DNA of 64,000 nucleotides, taken from a bacterium. GTDB taxonomy: Bacteria > Zhuqueibacterota > Zhuqueibacteria > Residuimicrobiales > Krinioviventaceae. Positions 38,098 to 48,544 of this stretch are shown here, piece by piece. The notes beneath the pieces are model-generated. The model was not told the DNA's origin, did no database searches, and saw only the letters and a list, made by a program, of their open reading frames with translations. Within the stretch, counting starts at the first letter, position 1, and each line of letters begins with the position of its first letter. Where the stretch lies: assembly GCA_963674595.2 (NCBI GenBank), contig CAXXFV010000004.1:128001-192000 (forward strand), in the 5' to 3' direction. The translations under genes were made by a program, and so were the position numbers.

Positions 38098-41000
38098 TTA
38101 GTTACCCCGGATAGCAATATTAACATCAATACCTAACTCTTTATAGGAAGAGTCTCCAACCAATTTGTTACTGGTTTTTCCGATTTCAAAATAAGCCCCA
38201 CCTTTAACACGATCACTAAAGCTATAACTCATATTAGGTTTCAAGAACCATTTACTTGTTTCACTGGTAACAACAAAATCTTCATCTTTTCTGTTTTTAT
38301 AGGTTATATTATCACCCATATTAAAAGTCAATGAAATATCAACACTGTTTTTTAATCGTTTGTTAAAAAATGGTAGCGGAATTCTGAAATTACCACGTTT
38401 GGTGTATCGGGCGGATATTGACAGATCTGTACTTGTGTTTTTCTGTCCACCGGAACCACCTTTTAAAGTATAAGTCGTTCTTTCTGTACTATTATATTTA
38501 ACAGCCATGGAGATACCATTCTTCCATGAAAATGTCAAACCAATTAATGGCCGAAAACTTATATCAGTCGCCTCTTTTGTCGGTGTTTTAACTCCGGCAT
38601 CTACATCATAATTTCCAGAAATCTTGCCTGAATAATTATGATCAAAAGAAACCCGGCTCATATATTTATTCAGAAAGGGTAACTTTTCCATTCCACTGAC
38701 ACGTACCGTCCAGTCAGGAAACGGCATGCTGACATCTTCACCAAATTTCAACCAACTTTCACTTGTTTGTCCGCTGGTCGTGGTTGAACTTGAGTTTTCG
38801 GATGCACTGTTATCATATTTTAAACTTAGTTTTACATTACGACTCAAACTAAAGCCTGAAGAGACCTGCAAACTGGTGCTTTGGCTTTCGGAATTTTTTT
38901 TACCCGATGTGTTTCCTTCATAAATTTCCGAAGGAACACCTGTATCTTTACTAAAACCGAATTGAAAAGCTGTTGTCGGAACGCCTGCCAAATCGTAAGC
39001 ACTCATTTGAGTTCGTTCGGAATAACTAATGCTAAAAGGATCAAATATATTAAAAAATCCGGAAAAAATTCCTAATACAGAAAATCCTCCTCCGGAATTA
39101 TTATCAGTCTGTTGTGACTGTTTTGATTTAGCGCCAGGCGCTTGTCTTCTTGAAGTGGAACGTCTTTGTCCTCCACGTGAAGGACGATAAATTGAACTAA
39201 ACAAAGTCCCAAGTTTAACCGAACCCGAAGCCATATAATTAATACTTTGGGTTGCGCTTCGAGGCCTTACGGATTGCTGCCGGTTAAAATTAAACTTGTA
39301 AGTGGTGCTATATGAAAAATTACTGGTCATCCAGGAAAACAGTTGCGGCCTGTATTTTACGCCAAAATTTTGATCGACACTGGTCAACAGACCCATTTTA
39401 AATTGTTTTAACTGTTCTTTTAAAGTATCTGTATCAACATCTCGTAAATCATTGACATAAGAACGACTGATATCAACCTGGACACTTTCCGTTACATCCA
39501 TTGTGCCACTGACATTTCTACTAACATTAAAGCTGCTGTTTTCTGTTTCAATTCCGGATCGTAATAATGTGTTGTTCTTAGATCGGGTACCGCTAATTTT
39601 TGTGTTGATTGTTCTGGGCGTATAATAAAGTTTCATTTCTGCAATTCGTGTTACAAGTCTTCCTTTTCCAAGCCAACTGAACGGACGAATATAGTTATTA
39701 TTACTAAAATTAACACCCCAATTCATACTACCGGATTCATTTTTCGTATCTGCGGCTTTTGTTGTGGAACTACGGCTGTGACCAAGATTTTGACTATAAT
39801 TGGCGCTAAATTTTGATAACAGATGTTTTACAACAAAGTTCTGAGATCGGGAATTAATTCGAAATGAAACACTCATTCCTCGTTGTTCACTTATAGTTTG
39901 TGTTTTTTCAATAGTAGAATCCGGCAATGAATCTGAAATCTGCACATCCGTACCCGGAATATATTTTGGTGTTGATTCACTTCGTGAATAATTAATACTT
40001 ACCGGTAATGCAATCCCCAGTTGTGACGGTAAAAATTTATCCACATTAAAACTGGTAGTAAACCGACCACTTAATTTATTATTACCATCACCAAATCGTG
40101 TTTGTATATCATGAAAATCTGCATCTTTTTTTTCCATTTCGCCACTAAAGCGCGCCAGGTCAGCCAAGGAAAAATCCATCTTGGCCCTATAGGCCATACC
40201 TTTGTCTTTTTTTACATTTGACAATCGAAGTTCATTAACCCATACTTGACCGACAAAAGGCATCAAATCATTGGCCTTATCTCCCAATTCGTCCTGACCA
40301 AGGTTTTTAACACCCATAACCAGTTGACGGATGTTTCTTAACGCGGGGTTACCCTTTACAGTAATAAAATGCCCGTCTATTGTATCGACACGAACAGTAA
40401 CCGTAGAGTTTTCATCTTCTACCAGGGTGCCTGTATATTTAACTTGTGATAATTTAACCAAATCAATTTCAATATTGTTCTTTGTCCAGCCGGGAAACAC
40501 AGGCCGCCGGATTTCATAATAATTGTTTTTATCTGCACCTAATCGTAGAAAAAACTCTATTCGTGTCGAATCATTTGTAATGTGCTGTCCAAAATCATCC
40601 TTACCATAGACAAACATCTTTAGGGTATTATAATTAATATAGTCTTGTGCTTCATAAAAGGTCTTAATTATCGTACCGTTATATCCGGGATTCAGATTGT
40701 TTACCTTTATAACCAGAGATTGTTCCCGCTGCTGAACCTGAGTTACACGGTCTACAACACCTTGCACACCGGGAGGCGCCAAACCGGCAGCATATTCCGG
40801 ATTATCATGTGTGTTGATAACTGTTACGGCAATAACAGAATCCTGAGTTATTTCATATTCTTCAGGAAATTCCGGGGAAGCAATTCCCATCTCTTTCCAT
40901 TCACTACCGACAAGGTTAACTTCTGCAATTTGAATGGTATAATAGCTATTTCGGTCTATTTTTTCAAAACCATCCATCCAGATACGAATATATTCAATCT

Positions 41001-44000
41001 GGGAAAAGTTGGGAGAACCAATAACAGTTTTAGTTGGTTCAGGTGCGTTTAAAGGGATTCGATATTGACGCCAGCCGTAACTACCAGAACTACCGGAAAT
41101 AAACGCCGTATCCGGGTGGTCCGAACGTAATGAAAAAGTATATTCAAAATAATCATTCCGAAGATCAACATCGCCGTTACCGTTCAAATCTTCCGTATCA
41201 GGAATTCGACCACCGGCATCATCGGCATTTCCCTCTGTTCCATTAACATTTAAAAAGTTATAGTTCCTGTTTTGTTCCTGGCTGTAACTGTAATCATCGT
41301 TACTAAAGGGTTCACCATAATCCCTTTTCTCGTTTCTATTTATGTCCCAAAAATCGCCGCCATACTTTTGTGCAATCGGACTGTTGTTGGCCATACCATC
41401 AAGGCCTACATCTTCACCGTCATCTAAAATACTGTTTCGTATAGAATTGACTTCTTTATCTTCAGTGTCATATTCTCCATTGGGAATAACGTCTTCAGAA
41501 ATTTGGCCCATATCAATATGCAACGTTCCTGTTGTATGGCGTTGGCTTTCCGGAATTTTAACCCAAACTTCAAGATACTTGGCTTCAGTTTGATCGCTGT
41601 ACCCCGATGATAGTGCTTTTTGAATTCCGTTCCATGATGACCGCACATCATCCACCGTATCCGCAGGAGTAAATTGCAACATTAAAGTTGCAACAGACTT
41701 GGCAACATCTCCGCTAATATCACGTTCCGGCCAAATTTCTTTCATAGATGTTTGTACAACTGGATTATCATATATCAGCTTTCCACGGTGTTCAAGTGTT
41801 ATATCATTTTTACCTTCGTATAACTCACTTTTTGGATAAGACGAATAACTCCAGCTTCTTCGGGTAATAGGAATAGGTGTAACCTGTTTGGATGCTTCAA
41901 AATCGTCAATATAGGCAACACCATCATTATCACCGGTTGATTCATTGTTCCTGGTATTTGGATTCGGTAAAATTTGAGCAACTTCACCTTCAAAGTTAAT
42001 TTTTGATTCTGCTCGGGTATCCACAAACGGTAAATAATTTGCCGCCTTTGTCAGAAAAAAAGGTGTAAACGTCAACTTTGAACTCAAGTCCCAAATCATG
42101 TTACGCATGGGTCCTTTGCCAACACGCACTTTTTGGTCCAGGGTACGTTCATTTAAATAAGTAAAAACACCTGAAATATAGCTGTCATCCCACAAATTAT
42201 ATTTTGCATAAGCTCCCATCATGGTCTTTTTGTCAATTTGAAACAATTGATTGCTTTCATAAGAAATTTCGATCTGTGCATTTGCCGCTGTGGCGTCTGC
42301 AGTCAATAATCGAAGCGTTCCAGTGAAATAATCAATCGTATAATCTGTTCCCCGGTTTAAAGTTCTGCCGTTTAAAAGGACTTCTTCAGAATTTTCGATA
42401 ACATTCATACCCAGACGATATTCCGAACTACGGGTTTTAGAGGTATATTGAATATAAAACTGGCTTGCTTCATTAATAACAGTCTGCACAGTGGTGTCGT
42501 ACAACGCCGAAGCCCAATTATCTTCCGGTAAAAGTTTCTTAACTTCTTCCAACTGCGGATTAAAAGGCGTGAGATCCGGAAAATACAACTCACCGAGAGC
42601 AAAATTAATAATATTTTGATTATCATCAATAATATTGTCCGGAGTCTTAATTCCAGCCTCATTCACCCTGTCTAATCCAAATACCTGTAACCATGTTTTC
42701 TTGCCTTCAGGTGTATCTATTGTTTCAATTGGATCTCCCGAGGCAGGTTTATATAATATTTTTAAATCAAATCCGTCTCTCGGAATATTAGAGGCGCCCA
42801 GACTATACACATTTTTCCATTCAAGATACCACGACCTGTTGGAAGGCTGTGGATTTTTGCCCTTAATCATCCTGAGAACAATATTTTCATCTGTTTCAGG
42901 GTCAAAATAAACATCACCCATTTCATGGCCCGAAGTATCGCGAAAAGCGACAGCCAAAACTTCTTCAGAGTTAAGGGGGGATTTTAGCCGAACATAACCC
43001 ATTTGTTCATCAAAAACATAATCTTCTTTTTCTAAACGTATGAAATATCCACTATAGTGGTTGGCATCTTCATCATCGTTCTGTTCAAGTCGAATCGTGG
43101 CCCAATCTTGCTGATCAGCAGTTGGAGCAATAGCAAAACCTTTTACAGATTCAGCATACATTGTATTATAATTTCTGCCTGATTTATAAAATTCAAATTT
43201 TGAAAGAACTTTGGAAGGATCATAAGTCGGATTACCACTTGCATCTTTGTTTAAAAAATTAAGACGATAATAATCATCAATAAAGAAATAAACATTTCTC
43301 AGGTAATTATAATCTTCAATTCTTTTTTCACTTTCTGATGCACCACCGCTAAGTGACAATTTCTTTTTTTCACCCTTTTCCTGGCTGGCAATTGCCTGCA
43401 ACTCTAAATTACCGATCTCGGCTGTCACTTTAATACCAAATAACCCCTGGCTTGATCCTCCGACAAAACGCGTTCCCGATAATGAAAGACTGGTATTACC
43501 CGCTTCAATAGACTTGATAATCTCATCAGGATGGCCTTTATAATTCAAGTGGAGATTGTTTTCAAATTCAAAGGCTCGTTCCGAATCCTGATCCACACCG
43601 ATTGTAACTTTATCACCAATTTTTCCGTCAACACGGAATCTTTGGGTTTGTTCCATTTTAAAACTGTTGTCGGAACCGCTGTTATAGGTTGTTTTTACCT
43701 GGCTTTGTTTCTCATTACGAAATCCCCCTTTAATTGTAATATCACCAGAAACATCCAGGGCAACCGTTCCGGTTCCGAAAACTTTTTGAAAAGCTTTATT
43801 TTTAATTTCGACGGGAATTTCCAAACGGATAGCACTACCGGCCCCGGACCGGCCTGTTTCTACACCAATGCCACTGACAACAGACTTTCGCCACATTTCG
43901 TTCAGATTATTTTGTCTTCTTTTTTCCACATAATCAGAAAGTTTTAAAAATGTAGGTTGTCGAAAATCAAAATCTCCGAGTTTTTCCGTCAAATTAACAT

Positions 44001-44286
44001 TTTGTCCGGTCGTATCGATTAACACTTTACGGCTAAAACTGGTAAACTTGCGTTTTAAAATCGGCGTACGAACCCCATCAATAAACATCCCCAAATAAGG
44101 CATTTCTTCAGAAATAGAAACACAAGGATCTGCTATAATAGACGCACGTATCCCTATATAGGATGAACGAGTCGATTGAGAAAAAGATATACTCGAAGGA
44201 AATATTCCTAAAATAAAAAATAAAAAAACCCCAAAAATATAGGATTTCACTGTCAATTTAAGCCGTTTAAATGTCATTAATTGCAA
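38098..44286 (-). CDS. sprA: Type IX secretion outer-membrane translocon SprA/Sov
   Basis: 2062 aa; GKIGDKV...FENNLHLNYKG..DEIIKSIEAGN, GLFGIK, DYTIDYFTG, YIDDFE, IPDTEDLNGNG, WRQYRIPL, VWVNELRL; large C-terminal barrel. Confidence 0.9.
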   Translation of the reverse strand: MQLMTFKRLKLTVKSYIFGVFLFFILGIFPSSISFSQSTRSSYIGIRASIIADPCVSISEEMPYLGMFIDGVRTPILKRKFTSFSRKVLIDTTGQNVNLTEKLGDFDFRQPTFLKLSDYVEKRRQNNLNEMWRKSVVSGIGVETGRSGAGSAIRLEIPVEIKNKAFQKVFGTGTVALDVSGDITIKGGFRNEKQSQVKTTYNSGSDNSFKMEQTQRFRVDGKIGDKVTIGVDQDSERAFEFENNLHLNYKGHPDEIIKSIEAGNTSLSLSGTRFVGGSSQGLFGIKVTAEIGNLELQAIASQEKGEKKKLSLSGGASESEKRIEDYNYLRNVYFFIDDYYRLNFLNKDASGNPTYDPSKVLSKFEFYKSGRNYNTMYAESVKGFAIAPTADQQDWATIRLEQNDDEDANHYSGYFIRLEKEDYVFDEQMGYVRLKSPLNSEEVLAVAFRDTSGHEMGDVYFDPETDENIVLRMIKGKNPQPSNRSWYLEWKNVYSLGASNIPRDGFDLKILYKPASGDPIETIDTPEGKKTWLQVFGLDRVNEAGIKTPDNIIDDNQNIINFALGELYFPDLTPFNPQLEEVKKLLPEDNWASALYDTTVQTVINEASQFYIQYTSKTRSSEYRLGMNVIENSEEVLLNGRTLNRGTDYTIDYFTGTLRLLTADATAANAQIEISYESNQLFQIDKKTMMGAYAKYNLWDDSYISGVFTYLNERTLDQKVRVGKGPMRNMIWDLSSKLTFTPFFLTKAANYLPFVDTRAESKINFEGEVAQILPNPNTRNNESTGDNDGVAYIDDFEASKQVTPIPITRRSWSYSSYPKSELYEGKNDITLEHRGKLIYDNPVVQTSMKEIWPERDISGDVAKSVATLMLQFTPADTVDDVRSSWNGIQKALSSGYSDQTEAKYLEVWVKIPESQRHTTGTLHIDMGQISEDVIPNGEYDTEDKEVNSIRNSILDDGEDVGLDGMANNSPIAQKYGGDFWDINRNEKRDYGEPFSNDDYSYSQEQNRNYNFLNVNGTEGNADDAGGRIPDTEDLNGNGDVDLRNDYFEYTFSLRSDHPDTAFISGSSGSYGWRQYRIPLNAPEPTKTVIGSPNFSQIEYIRIWMDGFEKIDRNSYYTIQIAEVNLVGSEWKEMGIASPEFPEEYEITQDSVIAVTVINTHDNPEYAAGLAPPGVQGVVDRVTQVQQREQSLVIKVNNLNPGYNGTIIKTFYEAQDYINYNTLKMFVYGKDDFGQHITNDSTRIEFFLRLGADKNNYYEIRRPVFPGWTKNNIEIDLVKLSQVKYTGTLVEDENSTVTVRVDTIDGHFITVKGNPALRNIRQLVMGVKNLGQDELGDKANDLMPFVGQVWVNELRLSNVKKDKGMAYRAKMDFSLADLARFSGEMEKKDADFHDIQTRFGDGNNKLSGRFTTSFNVDKFLPSQLGIALPVSINYSRSESTPKYIPGTDVQISDSLPDSTIEKTQTISEQRGMSVSFRINSRSQNFVVKHLLSKFSANYSQNLGHSRSSTTKAADTKNESGSMNWGVNFSNNNYIRPFSWLGKGRLVTRIAEMKLYYTPRTINTKISGTRSKNNTLLRSGIETENSSFNVSRNVSGTMDVTESVQVDISRSYVNDLRDVDTDTLKEQLKQFKMGLLTSVDQNFGVKYRPQLFSWMTSNFSYSTTYKFNFNRQQSVRPRSATQSINYMASGSVKLGTLFSSIYRPSRGGQRRSTSRRQAPGAKSKQSQQTDNNSGGGFSVLGIFSGFFNIFDPFSISYSERTQMSAYDLAGVPTTAFQFGFSKDTGVPSEIYEGNTSGKKNSESQSTSLQVSSGFSLSRNVKLSLKYDNSASENSSSTTTSGQTSESWLKFGEDVSMPFPDWTVRVSGMEKLPFLNKYMSRVSFDHNYSGKISGNYDVDAGVKTPTKEATDISFRPLIGLTFSWKNGISMAVKYNSTERTTYTLKGGSGGQKNTSTDLSISARYTKRGNFRIPLPFFNKRLKNSVDISLTFNMGDNITYKNRKDEDFVVTSETSKWFLKPNMSYSFSDRVKGGAYFEIGKTSNKLVGDSSYKELGIDVNIAIRGN

Positions 44287-44575
44287 ACAGAGTAGCTATA
44301 CTCATTCCTGTAAAGAATTCAAAAATAACAAAAGATATTTCATTTACCGTATCAATAACTTTTATAAGCTTCTCCATTATTTTAGGTTTTATAGGCAGGA
44401 TTTTATATTTAAATTAATTCTATGCCGGAACTGCTTTAGGCAATATTCGTTCAATTTATTAAAACTAGATGTTAAATTCAATATAAAAAAATTGTATTGC
44501 AGCATTCAAATCATTATATTTTATCGTTTACTGTTGTGATAAGTTCCATTTTTTTTCAAAAAGAAAGAGAAAATC

Positions 44576-45982
44576 GTGCTTATTTTATGGCGCTACATAA
44601 TTAAAGAACATATAAAACCTTTTTTCTTTGCTATCAGTGTTATTACTCTTGTATTTCTACTGAATCTTGTTTTCCGTGAGTTAGGTCGTATTTTAAGCAG
44701 AGGTCTCAGTTTTCCGCTGGTTGCCGAATTCTTTTTTTTAAACCTCGCTTCCATTATTGCTCTATCGGTGCCCATGGCTGTGCTGGTTTCAACATTAATG
44801 GCATTTGGCCGACTTTCCGGGGACAGTGAAATTATAGCTATGAAAGCCAGCGGTGTCAGCATTATTCGGATCATGTTGCCTATTCTGTTTATGTCGTCCC
44901 TTCTGGCTATTTTTTTAATGTGGTTTAATAATCAAATACTACCGGACTTTAATCACCGTTCACGCCTTTTGGCAAGTGACATTGCCAGGAAAAGACCCAC
45001 TCTCAACCTTGAAGCAGGCGTCATCTATAGAGACATTCCTGACTATAATATTCTGGTACAGTCTATTAAAGAAACACAGGATACGGCTTTTGTAAAATCA
45101 ATCTTTATCGAAGAAAAAAGCGACCCAACCAAAAGTCTGATTATTTTTGCTGAACATGGAAAAATCTTTTCTCAGGAAACCAGAGGACTTATTTACCTGA
45201 TTTTGTATGATGGAGAAATGCATGAGATGGACCTTGAAAAGATGGACCATTATCGCAAACTGGAGTTTCCAAAACAAATTTTAACCATTAACATCCCGGA
45301 AATGATACTACACCGAAGTGATTCTGAATATCGTGGTGACCGGGAAAAAAGCGCACAACAAATGCACAAAGAAGTTCAGGAAAACAGAAAATCCATTAAC
45401 GAAAGAAAAGTAAATATAGCAAACGCTATAAACAGACATTTTGAAAAATATTTTCCTTTAAAAGCCCAAAATATTAAAACACAAAAAGTTGAGGAGCTTG
45501 AACCGGACACTTACCGGCAACTGTCCCTGCCTGTAAAAAACAATGAAAAACAATTAATCGGAAAAATCAGAAGAGACCATCAAAATCTTTTACAACAGAT
45601 TAAAAGTGAACGACATATTATATCACAACTGGAACGAGGCAATTCCGGTCTTTTGGTTGAAATACATAAAAAATATTCAATCCCAATTGCCTGTATTGTT
45701 TTTATTCTGATTGGTTCTCCATTGGGAATTATGGCAAGAAAAGGAAATATGGCTGTTGCCACCGGCATAAGTTTTGTCTTTTTTCTTATCTATTGGATAT
45801 CACTCATCGGAGGAGAAGACCTGGCAGATCGTCAAATTATCTCTCCTATTATTGCTATGTGGGGGGCCAATATTATTGTAGGCATAAGCGGACTATATCT
45901 TGTTATACACTCTATACGTGAAACCACATTTGTTAACTGGACAGCCTTGCAAAACTTTTTTACACGAAAGAAAAATAAATGA
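44576..45982 (+). CDS. lptF: LPS export ABC transporter permease LptF (LptF/LptG family)
   Basis: FGRLSGDSEIIAMKASGVS, EIHKKYSIPIAC, six transmembrane helices; tandem with a second LptF/G gene. Confidence 0.85.
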   Translation: MLILWRYIIKEHIKPFFFAISVITLVFLLNLVFRELGRILSRGLSFPLVAEFFFLNLASIIALSVPMAVLVSTLMAFGRLSGDSEIIAMKASGVSIIRIMLPILFMSSLLAIFLMWFNNQILPDFNHRSRLLASDIARKRPTLNLEAGVIYRDIPDYNILVQSIKETQDTAFVKSIFIEEKSDPTKSLIIFAEHGKIFSQETRGLIYLILYDGEMHEMDLEKMDHYRKLEFPKQILTINIPEMILHRSDSEYRGDREKSAQQMHKEVQENRKSINERKVNIANAINRHFEKYFPLKAQNIKTQKVEELEPDTYRQLSLPVKNNEKQLIGKIRRDHQNLLQQIKSERHIISQLERGNSGLLVEIHKKYSIPIACIVFILIGSPLGIMARKGNMAVATGISFVFFLIYWISLIGGEDLADRQIISPIIAMWGANIIVGISGLYLVIHSIRETTFVNWTALQNFFTRKKNK

Positions 45983-47055
45983 CCCTGCTTGATCGCTATA
46001 TATCAAAACGCTTTTTACAGGTTTTGTTTTTTTCTCTGTTTGCATTTTTAACTGTATTTGTGGTCGTTAATATGATTGAAAAGATGGATGACTTTTTAAA
46101 TCAGAACGTCCCCAAATTTGTTATTATGCAATTTTATCTCAGCTCACTTCCATATTTTGTTGTGCTTTGTTTACCAATTTCAATGCTGTTGGCAAGTTTA
46201 TTTAGCGTCGGCAACATGACAAGACAAAATGAAATAATGGCCATGAAAGCATCCGGAATTTCTCTTTACCGAATCTTTTTGCCGCTATATTTTATCGGAT
46301 TTCTGGTCAGCATCGGGGCATTTTATTTTGGAGAATATGTCGTTCCTTATGCCAGTGAAAAAAGGGAATATATTAAAGATGAGTATATGGAAAAACATCG
46401 TGAAAGCTGGCGAAAATCCATCAAAGACGTTTATGCGCGCGATAATATGGACCGTTTGATAAATATTCGCTCTTATAACACAGCCAGAAATGTCGGCAGA
46501 ATCGTCAGCGTTCGAAAATTTGAAGGGGATGAACTTGTTAAAAGGATTGATGCCAAAACCATTACCTGGAAAGACAGTTCCTGGATTCTTCATGACGGCT
46601 ACCAAAGATCTTTCCCGGAAAGCCCTGAAAATACCGGTCCATTCCGGGAAATGCATCTGCAAAATTGCAATTTAACCCCAAAAGACTTTGCTAAAAACCT
46701 GAAACTTCCTGAAGAAATGTCATCAGTAGAACTTGGGGAGTTTATTAAAGAAGTCGAAAGAAACGGCAGTAATCCGGAAAAATGGCTGGTAGATTATTAT
46801 TTAAAATTTTCTTTTCCCCTGGCAAACCTGATCATAGTCCTTTTTGGTGCACCTTTTTCATCTCAAACCCGCCGTGGCAGTGCCGCAACCGGTTTTGGTA
46901 TAAGTTTACTTGTCTGCTTTGTGTATTTTGGTATTGTAAAAACATCCCAAGCTGTTGGTCACAACGGCTATTTGCCGCCGCTTATTGCTGCCTGGCTGGC
47001 AAATATCGTATTTCTGGTCGGGGGTGTTTTTGTAACTTTTAAAGCACCCAAATAA
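45979..47055 (+). CDS. lptG: LPS export ABC transporter permease LptG
   Basis: LLDRYI, NEIMAMKASGIS, PEEMS, KFSFPL, PPLIAAWLAN. Confidence 0.85.
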   Translation: MTLLDRYISKRFLQVLFFSLFAFLTVFVVVNMIEKMDDFLNQNVPKFVIMQFYLSSLPYFVVLCLPISMLLASLFSVGNMTRQNEIMAMKASGISLYRIFLPLYFIGFLVSIGAFYFGEYVVPYASEKREYIKDEYMEKHRESWRKSIKDVYARDNMDRLINIRSYNTARNVGRIVSVRKFEGDELVKRIDAKTITWKDSSWILHDGYQRSFPESPENTGPFREMHLQNCNLTPKDFAKNLKLPEEMSSVELGEFIKEVERNGSNPEKWLVDYYLKFSFPLANLIIVLFGAPFSSQTRRGSAATGFGISLLVCFVYFGIVKTSQAVGHNGYLPPLIAAWLANIVFLVGGVFVTFKAPK

Positions 47056-47059
47056 GTAG

Positions 47060-48055
47060 TTAACTTCCACTATTTGTTAAAGTATATAACAATTTTTCAA
47101 CTTTTTTGGCAATTTCAGACGAATCTTGAGACACATCAACCGGCAGTTTTTCACCATTTTGGTTCTGGAAATAGATGGCATTTAAAAAATCCTGTAATAC
47201 ATCTTTGGGCAGTTTTGCAGAATATATAAAAATCCGGTTTCGTCTGTTTGTGCGGCTCATTTCAATTTTTTTCGCTCCAATTGGTGTGAGTAGCGTAAAC
47301 TCGTTTTTGGGAGATATTTGCTTCTTTTCTAAAAAACGTTTATCAACAAGTTTATTTAGGACAATATCAAGTTCAGATCTTGTCATTCCGCCAGTGGTAT
47401 CAAATTGTGCAAAAATGTCCAGGTCTGAAACCTCACCCTTTTCATAGATAACACTCATGGCTTGCATCTCTTTCTCATCAGGGAAAAAATCAAGTTCCGG
47501 ATTCGTATTTTTGGGTAATATCTTTTCTTTTACAGCCTTTAAGCCTTTAAATAAAAGATAAGGTACGTCAACAGTTTGATCATGTCCGGTTTGCTGTTTT
47601 TTAATATTTTGTTCAATTTGGTCATTAATTAAGGCAGGGTTCGGCGCCTTATTGCCGGAATTGGTTAATAAATCAGCATTAAATCGATTGGATGTTTTTA
47701 CCGTGTCCTTAAAATTTTGAAAATGAAATTGAGGCTGCAAGGCAAACAACCGCTCCCGAACGGATTGTTTTACAGTATCCTGAGCCGCAACCTTTTCAGG
47801 CCTTAAAACCGGCTCAATAAATGATTCTTTTTCCAGGTCCTTTATAACCGGTTCAGTCGGTTGCTTAAATACAGAACGTGGTGCCGGCGGCGTAACAAGG
47901 GGTTTTTCAATAATGGCAGGTGGTTCATTCATGAGTGAAATATCAAACTTTAAATATTTTATCTTTTTTTCAGGTACATTTATACGGCCAAGCAATAATA
48001 CAATTAAAACATGAAAAAGCAGTGAACAAACAACAGCAATATGGAAAGGTTTCAT
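47060..48055 (-). CDS. TonB-like membrane-anchored protein with a BlaI/CopY-like winged-helix C-terminal domain
   Basis: N-terminal helix AVVCSLLFHVLIVLLL (SxxxH), Pro-rich linker, then EKEMQAMSVIYEKGEVS...LNKLVDKRFL...RIFIYSAKL. The ORF is solid; the domain calls are by eye. Confidence 0.6.
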   Translation of the reverse strand: MKPFHIAVVCSLLFHVLIVLLLGRINVPEKKIKYLKFDISLMNEPPAIIEKPLVTPPAPRSVFKQPTEPVIKDLEKESFIEPVLRPEKVAAQDTVKQSVRERLFALQPQFHFQNFKDTVKTSNRFNADLLTNSGNKAPNPALINDQIEQNIKKQQTGHDQTVDVPYLLFKGLKAVKEKILPKNTNPELDFFPDEKEMQAMSVIYEKGEVSDLDIFAQFDTTGGMTRSELDIVLNKLVDKRFLEKKQISPKNEFTLLTPIGAKKIEMSRTNRRNRIFIYSAKLPKDVLQDFLNAIYFQNQNGEKLPVDVSQDSSEIAKKVEKLLYTLTNSGS

Positions 48056-48211
48056 AATTCAAATGTGCCCAACATGACCCGAAAAAAACATTTAATTATT
48101 AATACGTTTTTTACCCAAAACAGTTCCCTCGATTTCGATAAATAACTTGCTTTTTATTATGTTATAGACTAAGTTTTTAATCAATAAAAAATTGTTTTTA
48201 AAGGAATATTC

Positions 48212-48529
48212 ATGGACTCTTTTATTCTTGTATTCAGCACATTTAGTTCTGAAGAAGAAGCAAAAAAAATCAGCAATCAGGTTGTAAAAGCAAGGCTGGC
48301 CGCCTGTGCCAATATAGTACCTAAGGTACACTCTATATTTCACTGGAAAAACGAATTATCGCATGAAGATGAAGTTATAGTTTTAATGAAAACACAAAAA
48401 AAACATTTAAAAGAACTTGTACTATGGATACAATCGCACCATAGCTATGAACTTCCCGAAGTGATAGCGTTACCGATTATCGGCGGTTCAGAAGAGTATT
48501 TAGACTGGATTAAAGAAGAAACATCCTGA
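48212..48529 (+). CDS. cutA: Divalent-cation tolerance protein
   Basis: LAACANIVP, SIFHW, E..VLMKT, HSYELPEVIALPI..GSEEYLDW. Confidence 0.93.
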   Translation: MDSFILVFSTFSSEEEAKKISNQVVKARLAACANIVPKVHSIFHWKNELSHEDEVIVLMKTQKKHLKELVLWIQSHHSYELPEVIALPIIGGSEEYLDWIKEETS

Positions 48530-48544
48530 CCCATAGGAAATATA

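Noticed and set aside
44294-44310. Possible sigma54 motif AGGAAT-GAGTA-TAGCT upstream of sprA (minus strand)
   Set aside because: Poor match at both boxes and too close to the start codon; AGGA is better explained as part of a ribosome-binding region.
45340-45660. Helical insertion in the LptF periplasmic region
   Set aside because: Long insertions at this position are common in FCB-group LptF/G proteins, so not treated as novel.
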